The position numbers and the translations under genes were made by a program. Source: a virus (Duplodnaviria; Caudoviricetes). Taken from it: a DNA stretch of 64,000 bases. Every line of letters begins with the position of its first letter. The first letter of the stretch is position 1. The notes under the pieces are model-generated. The model saw only the letters and a program-made list of their open reading frames with translations. It was not told where the DNA came from and ran no database searches. The DNA is taken from the IMG/VR virus record IMGVR_UViG_3300020048_000105, positions 9,031 to 73,030 of that record. One strand, written 5' to 3'. Of the stretch, positions 25,160-35,600 are shown piece after piece.

Positions 25160-27598
25160 TTAAAAAGCGAATCCTCCTGAGCTAAGACCTGCTTCTGTGT
25201 TTACGGTGATTCTGTTTACGATTTTTGTTAAAGCGCCGGTTACCCAAACGTTGATGTCAATGATTCCGAAACCGTCAGCGATGAGCTCCTTGCTGTTGTT
25301 TGTTTCATCCATTACGATCTCGTACTTGAGAAGTGCTCCAGCGTCTTTAGTTGTTTCGAGGATAGGAGTTACCGAGTTTACAGCGTTTAACCTTGTTACC
25401 GGGTTGTTGAATGTGAATACGTATGGTTCGAGTGCTTCTTCGATCTGGATTTCAAGTGTGTTGAGGAGCTCCCTAACGTGTAGGTTGTTGAAGTCGCTCT
25501 TTACTATCTGGAACGCAGTTGCGTTGGAGTAGATCATTATCTGGCCTGTAGTTGCCTTCTGGATGATTGAGTTGTAACCGAATGGTTCGAGGAAGTCTCT
25601 GTCCACTTTGTCGATCATGTACTCAACACCTACGAGAGCAGGGTTAGATAAGATACCGTTCCTGTTTGCTACAATTGCGAATGGGTCTCCACCTAAGAAC
25701 TTTCTAACATAAGCGTTTGTTACGTCTGCGGCTGGTGGAACGTTGATGAGCTTAGCTCCATCGCTGTATCTTAAGAAAGGTCCGAATACTCCACAGTACT
25801 TAGCGCCATCTTCTTCGCTTGGGAAAGAGAACCTGAAGCTTCTCTGCATGTCAGGGTTACCCCCTTGTGCAATCCACTCTGTGCTAAATACAGGAACTGA
25901 TTGGCCTGATACGAATGTGTCACAGAAGTATGGGTCGGTTGATGCAGCGAACTGTGATATCGCAGGAGCGTTGAGAATGGCTGTGCACTTTCCTCGGCCT
26001 TTTGCAAGCCTTGATAGGTAAGCCTTTCCACCCATATTTGCGCTTAAGCCGTAAGCCATTGTGTCAACGATGTAACGGTAGTTGATCATTTCTTTGTTTG
26101 TCAAGCCTCTGTAGATTCCAGAGTCTTCGAGCATTGAGTAGATTTTGGTTACGCCTGCTTCTAAGTTAGGAGCGCCTGCTGTGTCAAATCCTGGGATGTG
26201 CTTGTTTGTTAGCGAAAGACCATCGAGAGTGATGAACTTATATGCTGCGCAAATAGATGCATCGTCAAGAGTCTTTTGAACAACCGCATTTCCAGATGTT
26301 ACGGCTTCGGCAGTTTGTATGACGTATGTTGATCCGTCCCAATACTTGTTTACTACATAAGTTACGCCTGTAGGAGTTCCTGATACAGGAGCTTTTACCA
26401 TGAGCGAACCTACGGTTACAAAACCTGCGTTAGATGCGTCTACTGCAAACTTTCTCGATGTTAAGTCTCCTGGGTATGTAGAGATGCTCACGTCTTTGTG
26501 GATAACATTGTTAGATACATCGAACTCGTAGCTTAGGAACTTAGCGGTCTTGTTGGTAGATGAGCTTATCAGATTGTGACCAATGAGGTCTATCTCGTTT
26601 AAGTTGGTTCCTGTGCTTACGTCGCCAGTTGTCCAGTTTGTTCCGCTCCACATCAACTGGTCAAGTGCTTGGTTGTTGATGTTGAGTAAAACGCCGGTTA
26701 GCGAAGTGTTGGAGTTAATTATAGTCTCGATGTACTGAGTTGCACCTGTCTGGTCTTTGAAGTCAGGAATGATTGTTCCTGTCCACGATCCCACTAAGTT
26801 AACGTTAACGCCGTTGATGAAGTTTGATATCTGTGTTGGAATCAAACCGCTGGCGTTGAAGAACTGTGCATAGTAAGGGTCGGTGGAAAGTGAAGAGTAA
26901 TTAGTCCAGTCGCCTTCAACCACGATAACTTGGATGAAGTAATCCTTAATGAAGTCGTTAGGACGAATCCACTCAAAAGGAATGTTGGCTTCTGTTCCGT
27001 ACCAGTCTTTGGCTGGAACGCTATACTGATTGAGGCCTTGAGCTTTTCTTATAATGAAAGACAGTTTTTTCGTGCCGGTGTTTACGAACTGGAACAAAGG
27101 AGCGTCTAACACTGAAGATAGAGCGTATTTGTTAGTTACAACACCTTGCAGGTACTCTGTGTCTGGAGTCCAGAAACGTTGTCGGTTAAAGAAGTTAACG
27201 TATAAGTCCTTTGTTGGGGTATCATAACGAGCCGAAGGGTCTTTAGTTCCTGAGTTCAATCCTAAGCCGATGAATTCTATCTTGTCGCCGGATGCATTTG
27301 TGTTGTCTGTTGCGAGCAAGTTTATTGCAAAAACAGGAGCAGCCAGCAACGAAGTGGTTATCGATCTGTGAAAGAACGATCCCTTTCTTTCGAGTTTTGG
27401 GTCAGACAAACCATAGAATTTCTGTAGGTCTTTTGATGACCTTATGAATACAGGTGTATTGAACGGGCCGACACCCGAAAAGCCGGGAATTAATCTTAAC
27501 GATTGCGTTGTAACAACTATACGTTCAGAGTTGTCTACTTCAACAGTATAAACACCAGCTGATTTGAATTGTGTTAGGTCCAATGCTACTTTTGCCAT
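25160..27598 (-). CDS. gp18: T4 gp18-like tail sheath protein
   Basis: SAGVYTVEVD N-terminus, GPFNTPV, C-terminal NVPPAADV...RNG, LHVRELL..LE..I, FTFNN..TR. Confidence 0.93.
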   Translation of the reverse strand: MAKVALDLTQFKSAGVYTVEVDNSERIVVTTQSLRLIPGFSGVGPFNTPVFIRSSKDLQKFYGLSDPKLERKGSFFHRSITTSLLAAPVFAINLLATDNTNASGDKIEFIGLGLNSGTKDPSARYDTPTKDLYVNFFNRQRFWTPDTEYLQGVVTNKYALSSVLDAPLFQFVNTGTKKLSFIIRKAQGLNQYSVPAKDWYGTEANIPFEWIRPNDFIKDYFIQVIVVEGDWTNYSSLSTDPYYAQFFNASGLIPTQISNFINGVNVNLVGSWTGTIIPDFKDQTGATQYIETIINSNTSLTGVLLNINNQALDQLMWSGTNWTTGDVSTGTNLNEIDLIGHNLISSSTNKTAKFLSYEFDVSNNVIHKDVSISTYPGDLTSRKFAVDASNAGFVTVGSLMVKAPVSGTPTGVTYVVNKYWDGSTYVIQTAEAVTSGNAVVQKTLDDASICAAYKFITLDGLSLTNKHIPGFDTAGAPNLEAGVTKIYSMLEDSGIYRGLTNKEMINYRYIVDTMAYGLSANMGGKAYLSRLAKGRGKCTAILNAPAISQFAASTDPYFCDTFVSGQSVPVFSTEWIAQGGNPDMQRSFRFSFPSEEDGAKYCGVFGPFLRYSDGAKLINVPPAADVTNAYVRKFLGGDPFAIVANRNGILSNPALVGVEYMIDKVDRDFLEPFGYNSIIQKATTGQIMIYSNATAFQIVKSDFNNLHVRELLNTLEIQIEEALEPYVFTFNNPVTRLNAVNSVTPILETTKDAGALLKYEIVMDETNNSKELIADGFGIIDINVWVTGALTKIVNRITVNTEAGLSSGGFAF

Positions 27599-27660
27599 AT
27601 TGAAAATTTATTTTTATTCATTTTGTTCTTTCAATTCCCTCAAGGAATTGGCATCTTTTA

Positions 27661-27670
27661 TTATATATTC
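27661..27670 (-). promoter_or_regulatory. Late promoter GAATATATAA upstream of the sheath gene
   Basis: Matches the (G/A)ATA(T/A)ATA motif found before most structural genes. Confidence 0.65.
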
Positions 27671-27691
27671 GGTAAGAATTTCCATAAATTA

Positions 27692-29668
27692 CTAATTGCT
27701 CCACGGTGGTGTATATGAACCTAAGCTCTGGCTCATTGTTGAACTTCTACCAAACGATCCGCTTGGAGAGTACCTCTGTGTGTTGTAAGGAGTTGCAATT
27801 TGCGAAAGATCGATAGACTCTGATGGATCATCTCCATACATGGCGTTAAACGACGAGTCTTCTATGTCTGAGGACTCCTCATACTGCTCGATTAGCAAGT
27901 TTATGAGCGTTTTCACAGGTGAGGTCTCCATCTCTTCCAAGAAGTCGTAGAGCCACTCTTCGTAGTCTAATTCTTCGTGCAGCCTCGATATGTTTATGGC
28001 ACTCATTGCAATGTCGTCGTGAACGCCTAAGCCCTTCCACTTTCCGTTGCTTCCCTTGCCAAAGGACTTGAACTCTTTCACTGTCTCTATTTCATTCAGA
28101 AACATTGTCTTTTGGTGAACCAATCGTTTGCCAAGCTTGCAAAAGAAATCTTTGTCAAACCCCACCTTGAAGCCTGCTTTCTTTCTCGGAGACTTTTCTC
28201 CTGGAATTGGCTTTGTGTGGTGAGTGTGAAGAACACAAGACTCATCGAACTTTGCATGGTTAGAGAACTTGTCGTAAAAGTATTTTCCATTGAAGTTCAT
28301 CTCAATTAGAACTTTCGAAATCTCATCTCCTATCTGGTCGAACACCAAGGCTCTCGTGACCTGAGCGCAAATTTCTTCGTCATTAATGTTATCCCTATAC
28401 AGTCCGACTTGTGTGAACCTGAACATATTCTTGATTGTCAACTCGTCCATTCTGAGTCTCTTCAGTTGTGCGATACTCTTTGGTTCAACTTGGAATATGT
28501 CGCAGATGTTATAGTCGCTGTCTTTTAAGTCGTCCTCGTCCTTTCCCTCACCTGTGTCAACACTAAAGACGAACCTGTGAAGCTTGGAGTTGAACTCTTG
28601 GTTAGGGTCAAATTCCGGGTGCCACTTTAAGTTTCTATAGAGAGCTTCGTCAAGCTTAGTTCCTCCGAGTTCATGGAACACATATTCTTTTTCTATACGT
28701 TTCATGAATGCGAGGTCGCTTGCAGCCAAGAGTAAGTTAGAGCCTGTTTTATCAAAGTCGAGTCCAAATTCCTGAGCAAAGTTCTCAGGACCAAAGTCGG
28801 CTTTCATCTTCTTGGCCCACTCTTCGTCGTGACCTGGGACTTCCCACCAGTCTACTCTAATAGACATGAATGAGTTCGTTCCCTTCTGAGATTTTTCCCA
28901 AATCTCGTAGAACACGTTCTCAGTTCCATTGGGAGTTGATGATATGATGCACTGTGAAATTTCAGACGAAGCAAGTGTAGGATAAACTGATCTCCAGAAA
29001 CTTTCTGCAATACCCTTTTGGATATGGGCAAACTCATCGGCATAAAGTACGTGAATCGTAAAACCGATTTGTGCAGTTTTTGTAGTAGCTTGCGATGTTA
29101 AGAAGCATCCGTTGTCGAGCCTCATACCACCTGAACCGATGTTTACGATACCCGGCTTTAAAAAGAATGGAAGTCCCTTGAATACGTCTGTAACCTTGTT
29201 TACGATTTCGAACGATGTAGCTTGCTTGTTTGCGAGGATCGCGAGGTTTCGGTCGTTGTGGAAGCACAGGTACCATGCAAAATAAGCTGCAATTGTTGTA
29301 GTCTTTCCTGACTGGCGAGACTGCATCATGATCATGTTACGAATAACTGGAATCAAATCTTCCAACTCTTCGCTATATTCTTCTTTTGCAAGTGCACTTA
29401 AAATTTTCTTCTGATAATCTCTTAGCCTTACTGTGTTTCGGCCTTTGTCAGTGAGGAATCGACAATACTTCTCCACGAAGTAGAGGATGTCGTTAGAACA
29501 CTTGTGGAACTCATCTATCTCCTCAGGCGTTAGCTGAGTGAGCAAGTTTCCGGCTTTCAGCTCTATGTCGCCCATGTGAAAACACGACAAGTTCGTGGGT
29601 ATTCCCATTCTCAGTTTGTCGGTCGTTTGCTGTACGAGTTGGCTCGTCCAGACTACTGTTGTGTCCAT
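27692..29668 (-). CDS. terL: Terminase large subunit (gp17-like)
   Basis: LRDYQK, Walker A SRQSGKTT, Walker B LYADEFAH, IISSTPNG, FAQEF, nuclease SVDTGEG and HDDIAMS. Confidence 0.96.
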   Translation of the reverse strand: MDTTVVWTSQLVQQTTDKLRMGIPTNLSCFHMGDIELKAGNLLTQLTPEEIDEFHKCSNDILYFVEKYCRFLTDKGRNTVRLRDYQKKILSALAKEEYSEELEDLIPVIRNMIMMQSRQSGKTTTIAAYFAWYLCFHNDRNLAILANKQATSFEIVNKVTDVFKGLPFFLKPGIVNIGSGGMRLDNGCFLTSQATTKTAQIGFTIHVLYADEFAHIQKGIAESFWRSVYPTLASSEISQCIISSTPNGTENVFYEIWEKSQKGTNSFMSIRVDWWEVPGHDEEWAKKMKADFGPENFAQEFGLDFDKTGSNLLLAASDLAFMKRIEKEYVFHELGGTKLDEALYRNLKWHPEFDPNQEFNSKLHRFVFSVDTGEGKDEDDLKDSDYNICDIFQVEPKSIAQLKRLRMDELTIKNMFRFTQVGLYRDNINDEEICAQVTRALVFDQIGDEISKVLIEMNFNGKYFYDKFSNHAKFDESCVLHTHHTKPIPGEKSPRKKAGFKVGFDKDFFCKLGKRLVHQKTMFLNEIETVKEFKSFGKGSNGKWKGLGVHDDIAMSAINISRLHEELDYEEWLYDFLEEMETSPVKTLINLLIEQYEESSDIEDSSFNAMYGDDPSESIDLSQIATPYNTQRYSPSGSFGRSSTMSQSLGSYTPPWSN

Positions 29669-29676
29669 ACCTTGAG

Positions 29677-30324
29677 TTATATTTCAAGAGGAGGGATTAA
29701 TGATGCGTCATCTATCGCCTGATCTTTTTTGATTTTCTTAACGTTGTTTATGAGTTCTTTAGTTCCTCGAGTTACAACGTTACCAGCCGAGGTTGTAAGC
29801 AGACCACCAGGAGCTTGCGATGTGGCAGGGCCTAGTGCCTCTGTCTGCCTCTCTTTAACATCACTCTTGAAGCCTTTGTAAGTTTCCTTTATGGCTTCGA
29901 TTGTTTGAATAAGTTGTTTGTTTAACTCTCCGATGGTCTTTGACATTCCTGAGAAAACTTCAAACATACGAGGTTGGGCCTGACCCTGATTAATTTGTTC
30001 CATCAAGGTTCTTTGCATCACCTCGTTTGTACGAAGCTGGTACACCATGCCTGACAAGGTCATGACGTCCATGTTTATCTTGTCCTTTATGTATTCGTTC
30101 GCCGCCATCATTTCAGGAGGAATCATGAAAGTGATTGCATTGGCTATCATTGTCTGTGCTTCCTTCTGGCATTCTTCTCGAAGCTCGACGAAGTCGACGC
30201 CTATGAGTGGCTCCGCCTGCAGCCCAGGTATTGTTTCTTCGGCATCTGGTACATTACCATCAATGCCATCGGGAGATTTGTCAAGCATCTTCTTGAGATT
30301 GTCTCTGTCATTCTTTATGCTCAT
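29677..30324 (-). CDS. terS: Terminase small subunit (gp16-like)
   Basis: QPRMFEVFSGM.K resembles the gp16 PRA(Y/F)EV motif; directly upstream of terL; GAATATATA promoter at 30365-30373. Confidence 0.68.
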   Translation of the reverse strand: MSIKNDRDNLKKMLDKSPDGIDGNVPDAEETIPGLQAEPLIGVDFVELREECQKEAQTMIANAITFMIPPEMMAANEYIKDKINMDVMTLSGMVYQLRTNEVMQRTLMEQINQGQAQPRMFEVFSGMSKTIGELNKQLIQTIEAIKETYKGFKSDVKERQTEALGPATSQAPGGLLTTSAGNVVTRGTKELINNVKKIKKDQAIDDASLIPPLEI

Positions 30325-30388
30325 ATTTTCTTAATTTTGATAGACAGATATACTGGCTATAGTGTATATATTCAACCTCGTTTACATC

Positions 30389-30444
30389 TTTAACAAAAGT
30401 TTAACACAAGATGCCAAACTTTTACAGGAATCTGCATATAAATA
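30389..30444 (+). promoter_or_regulatory. TTTAACA direct repeat plus AAACT-N13-GCATATAAATA promoter pointing antisense into the neck gene
   Basis: TTTAACA at 30389 and 30400 (11-bp period); motif identical to those before gp55 and thyA. Confidence 0.45.
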
Positions 30445-30479
30445 GTATCTATGCCCTCAGGAAATTAACGAGACATGAA

Positions 30480-32186
30480 TTATCTTGATTTCGTTATGTA
30501 TGGCAGCATCATGATTGGGTCTGCATTGTCGCTTAACACGAGCGAGTCTCCGTCTTTGATGAAGTACGAAAGGAGCTCGTTAGATTGTTTCTCCTCTTCG
30601 ATCGTAGTTGTGTATAGACGTAAGTTAGTAAGATACGCGTCTGATTTATTTATTGTGTAACTCTTAACAGCGATATCTTCAGGGTACAGTCTAAGCGTTT
30701 CATAAAATATGTTCTGTAGCTTAGCATTCTTGTCTGTAGGGTGCTTCTTCCACACGTAAGCAGAGTACTGTTCCCATGTGTTTCCGATGTTGACAACAAA
30801 TGCGTACCACTCATTGTCGAGTATCTTCTCATCCATTCTTATTACATAGGCATCATCGTTAGAATATGAATGCCCATAGTTTATAGATATGTACTGGCTG
30901 GCATGGACGTTAACAGACATTACATGGTCTCCATAGTCGTTAACCCCATCGAGTATAGATATTGGTTCCTGTGCGTACAATTTGTAGCCAGGCTGAGTGT
31001 TCCAATCGCTCTTTATGCCGCTTAAGTCTTCGAGCACAAAAGAGTTTATGAAGCAGTGAAGCACAAGAGGTCCAGTGCTTATCTCGATAACTTTTGCATA
31101 CAGGTTAAGAGCGCCCGGCCGACTTATAACTATGGTACTGTTAAGCTCGAGAGCGTCGTAGCCCTTTGATGTGTTGATTGTCACTGAGTAGTTTGCTGAT
31201 CCGTGAGGTGTGTCGTTCACTCCTATAGACGTTATGCTTGTAACATCATATATTCGTGGAGCAGACACAGGAGACTTGGGGTGAATCCAAGCTGTTAAAC
31301 TTCTATCTGTTGTGGTGTATATTGTGTCCGATTGATTATATGTCACGGCATTGTACCACACAGGCGTAGCCATGTCATAGAAAGATTGTGCTACAATTGT
31401 ACCATAGATACTAAAGCTCTCAGGTATGGCTTTAAGTGCACTGTCGAATGTTTTGTACTTGTCCTGTGAAGTACCATTAAATGGACTGAACTGCTTATCG
31501 TCTACAAGTTTGCTAATGTCATTTGCTATTTGTGTGCCAAAGATTTCTTCAGCACTGACAGTATATTGATCAATAGTGTTCTGTAGTGCAACGCCCTCTC
31601 TCCTCGATGCCTGAATTTTATGCTTTGTCAAGTTAAGCTTCCATGTTGTCTCCTGGCCCATAAAGCCTCTGAACAGGTACGAAGACTCCACGTCGTAGAG
31701 CTTGTTTTCCATGGGAAAGTACACGATATCGTTCTTCTGTGGAGCCGTTCCAAAACCGGCTTTGCCCTCCCAATAATGTTTATCTATCTGGAACTCAAGA
31801 GGAACTTCATATTCCAGGCCTTGTAAATCAAAACTGTACTTGCTGTCAGGCATGTTTCCAGCCGCGATAATGACTTTTATATCCAGCGGGCACTCGTCAA
31901 CGTTGGACAGAGTGTACTCTTGGAAAATGACATCCTTTGACCTCTGCTGCGGAACTGCTCTAAACCACTTCACCGCGTAACCAAACATCTCGTTGGCTAG
32001 GCCGTTCATTGCATTGTACTGCTGAGCCGCCGCGGCTATTTTGTTCACGTCGAAGAGCGAACTTGTGCCAGAGCCAACACCTCCTGAAATTCCCTTAGTG
32101 TCGGTGTTGATTATAGATGACGAAGGAGCGCTTTGGCCAGGATTGGATGCCGAGAGATTCTCATTGTTTATTGGGCAATCAGCCAT
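30480..32186 (-). CDS. gp14-like neck protein with long C-terminal extension
   Basis: G..V.WFR.VP....DVIFQE, PQKNDIVYFP...KLY.VES.....F.G....WKL.L.K matches gp14; GATATATA promoter at 32203-32210. Confidence 0.72.
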   Translation of the reverse strand: MADCPINNENLSASNPGQSAPSSSIINTDTKGISGGVGSGTSSLFDVNKIAAAAQQYNAMNGLANEMFGYAVKWFRAVPQQRSKDVIFQEYTLSNVDECPLDIKVIIAAGNMPDSKYSFDLQGLEYEVPLEFQIDKHYWEGKAGFGTAPQKNDIVYFPMENKLYDVESSYLFRGFMGQETTWKLNLTKHKIQASRREGVALQNTIDQYTVSAEEIFGTQIANDISKLVDDKQFSPFNGTSQDKYKTFDSALKAIPESFSIYGTIVAQSFYDMATPVWYNAVTYNQSDTIYTTTDRSLTAWIHPKSPVSAPRIYDVTSITSIGVNDTPHGSANYSVTINTSKGYDALELNSTIVISRPGALNLYAKVIEISTGPLVLHCFINSFVLEDLSGIKSDWNTQPGYKLYAQEPISILDGVNDYGDHVMSVNVHASQYISINYGHSYSNDDAYVIRMDEKILDNEWYAFVVNIGNTWEQYSAYVWKKHPTDKNAKLQNIFYETLRLYPEDIAVKSYTINKSDAYLTNLRLYTTTIEEEKQSNELLSYFIKDGDSLVLSDNADPIMMLPYITKSR

Positions 32187-32215
32187 ATCAGAATTTTTAT
32201 TCTATATATCCTACT

Positions 32216-32467
32216 TTACCAACGATTGTCAGGACAACCATCTATGGACTTTCCTGTTTCATCGAGATCGAAGTCTACTTTAACCTTTATGTCGCAGAAA
32301 CACCCACATATCATGCAATTTCTCGAATAAGGATAGAAAAACTCACAATTTTCACATATTCTAATACGTTTAACGGATGTCGATTGCATTTGAGCTTTAT
32401 AATCTTTATCCATCAGGTATTTAAAATACCGGCTGTAACCTGTGTATACCTTTTTTATAATGGACAT
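32216..32467 (-). CDS. Small Cys-rich protein (DUF6171-like)
   Basis: RI.ICENC...C.ICGCF...K......CP..RW. Confidence 0.75.
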   Translation of the reverse strand: MSIIKKVYTGYSRYFKYLMDKDYKAQMQSTSVKRIRICENCEFFYPYSRNCMICGCFCDIKVKVDFDLDETGKSIDGCPDNRW

Positions 32468-32468
32468 G

Positions 32469-32609
32469 TCAATTGTTCTGTTCCATATAGATTGTATTGT
32501 CAGAGGAGGTAACAGTTGAACATGCTTTATTTACGGTTGCCCATGGCAATGCTAAAGTACCGTTTCCTGATATATCATTCCCACTCGGATCTATGTAATA
32601 TGTAGTCAT
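32469..32609 (-). pseudogene. 46-aa stub of a DUF1565/pectate-lyase-like beta-helix protein
   Basis: Hand translation MTTYYIDPSGNDISGNGTLALPWATVNKACSTVTSSDNTIYMEQNN*; TAATG coupling to the upstream gene. Confidence 0.7.
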
Positions 32610-35600
32610 TATTTAATAATTATGTATAATGGTGTTGGATTGAATACAATTGAATTTGGCGATGTTGATACACCTACAGGTTGAACAGCGTATCCAGGTG
32701 TATCGGGTTGTGTGGTCGTTAAAAAACCTGTTCGATTTACATAACAAATTTCGCCTATTGATAAGTTTTCCGATGTATTTCTAAAGGTGCCAGACATTAA
32801 AAATGGATATTCAGTGCCTGCTGAATATATAGCACCTGTGTGATTTATTGCTATTGCCGGCATTCCACTAACTGATGAATCGGCTCGAGCTGGATAAGCT
32901 CTACCATTAGAACTTATACATATCATTTGGCTTGGCGATATAGTGGTTCCTGCAACAAAATTAACAATCATTCCTGCACCTGATGAATTTCCTAAACCTG
33001 TTGATGGATTAGCCAATTCATTATTCACATTCAACAAACCGCTAGTCCACGCAAACCCAGTGCCGATCGATGCTTCACGCAACCTTAAGTTAATTGCACT
33101 ATCTCGTGCAACAAGAGATGGATCTACATAGGTCGTTCTGCCTGCAAAATCATCATACTGCGAGGCGTCTATATGATAAAACTCCGATAATGCAACGCTT
33201 CCTCCTTGCAATCCTGCAAGTAAATTATGAGTTCCAGCCGGAGATGGAACTATTGTACTTGTGACTGATGTTCCAATAGGAACTGGAATTGCGGCTAATC
33301 TTACCTTTCCTAAGTTGGTATTGCCTGTTCTTGTTTCCCAAGTCATTTGATATGCAATTACAGTTTCCTGTATAGGAAGTCCTGTAAAGTCGAATGATTT
33401 TACATTTTCTGCTTGCGCTAATGCTAATGAGGTGTAAATTCCACGGCCAGGAATCATTGTATATCTGGCACGACCATAAAAATTCGTATATAATAGATAC
33501 CAATTATAGAATCGAGCACTGAGATTAGCCGCCTCTGTAAGTACCCCAGCATTGTCCCATTGAATTAAATTAGCCGCACCATACGTATAGGGAACTGATG
33601 AATCTTTCCATGCCCATGTAGAAGGAGTAGTTCTATAAAAACATGTGTATGCGAGAGTCGATCCATCAGGCCTTGCTAAAGCTGGTAATGTTTCAAACAT
33701 ATCTTCATCAGCTATATTTGTAGCGCTTATGCCAAATGTTGTAGATTGATTTGTGAGGCCGCCCACTGTTGGACCTGTAAGTGCGCCGCCTGATAAGTAT
33801 TGAGTTCCTCTTGTGAAATGGAGATATGCACGAGTTGCAGTGTCCATTAATGACTGATGCATCTCTTCAGCAAATTGATATGTAGATGAATTTATTGCAG
33901 ATGCATCCCATAAAATAGTTGCGACAGATACTGTCTGATCTCTCATTGTCCAAGGAATTGTTGAAACTTCTAAGTTCCCAAGATTATTATTGATCGTTAT
34001 ATAATATGTCGTATTATTAATGGGTGGATTTGCTATTTGTATAGACGCGTCTTTAGTAAATGTAAATTCCTTTCCGCCTCTAAAGTATGTCCAATTTGTA
34101 CCAGTTTTCACTAAATTCAAAACATAAGTAGATGGATTAAACGTGAGATTTATCTCAGTTTCATTAACAAAACCGGTGCGATTTATGTCTACCCATTTTT
34201 TAATTTCAGTGTTGATTGATCCATCTACATAAGTTTTTGATACATAATCCGACACATCTATTGCTCCACTAGTGAATTTAAGAGTGGACCCAATCGAAGC
34301 CTCTAAAGCCATACTTGTTGGTCCGTCAAGGACCAGACCTCTACCAATAGTATATGTACTTGCATTTCCTGTACCATCAAATCCTGCAAGCGAATACGCG
34401 CCATCTGTATGTCCACTTGCCGTCCAAGATAAATTTCCTAAACTGTTATGGTCAACTGATGGTGATAACGCAAACGCGACATCGAATGCGTTATCTATTT
34501 GTGTGGCAGTATCAACTCCCTTTTCTACAATTATACGTCCTACTAAAACAGCGTGTGACGTTATTATCGGGGGCAAACTCGCAGGAGGCAAACTACCTTG
34601 TGCTGCAGTAAGACTTACGTATCGAGTCGTTCCCGCTACAATATATGATTCGGTTTCAACTTCTATCCCTCTATATATAAAATTGACTACAAAATCATTT
34701 GGATTTAATGCTGTTAATCCACCAGTATTGTCATCGTAATAGAGATTTTGATATTGTCTATTTAATGATGGATCTGACCACACATTAGGCGCAGTATGAT
34801 ATAAAAAAAACATAGTGTTTGCACTAGAATCAAAGGCAGGAAGGTTAAAATTATTTGCCCCTACCCATACTATACCTGAACTGAGCGTAACACGGCGTAT
34901 AGGCAATTCGCCAATATTTAATCCAGATTCTCTTCGATAACGTTGAGTTTTGACTATGGATTGATGAATTTTATTTACAAGGCCGAGCCCTAAATCTTGC
35001 CACGGCAATAAGTGTAAACGAGTGCCTGATCTAAAAATAGTGTACATTGGAATAACCGTGCTCTCGTTTATGATTGTAACATCGGTTGTATTATGAATAT
35101 AAGGTGTGCCGGAATTATAGTCTGCAACAATATAGTTTGTTACACCATCAACCAATGTAAGTGTACTTCCGTCGATTTCGAATGTTCGAATTAATCCTTG
35201 AGCATCAGGAAGCTTACTTAGATTATACAATCCGGTGTTTCCAATTACTATCGTACCTGTACTTAAATCTGTGTATGATGGAGTTATAACCATGCCAGTT
35301 GATAAGCGGTCATAAAATCCTGATCTAGTCCAAACCCCAGTACCAGAACTTAAATAATCTACTTTGGTAAAAGGCACTATTTGAAGTGCATAGCTATTAG
35401 AGTCAATGATATCAGTGCCTTGTCGCACTATATGAATTCGATTTGTTGAAGTAACTTGACCTGCTTCATCAACAATCGATATGACTTGCCCAGGCACATT
35501 TGCAGGTGGAAGAGTTACTGTTCTTCTTGCAGATATGCTTGTGTATGCAATGATGTAGTTATTTCTACCTATAATTGTATAATCGGCATCCGCGACAGGA

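Noticed and set aside
27692-29668. Intein or intron in terL
   Set aside because: Motifs are contiguous, length is ordinary, and there are no C...HN or LAGLIDADG signatures.
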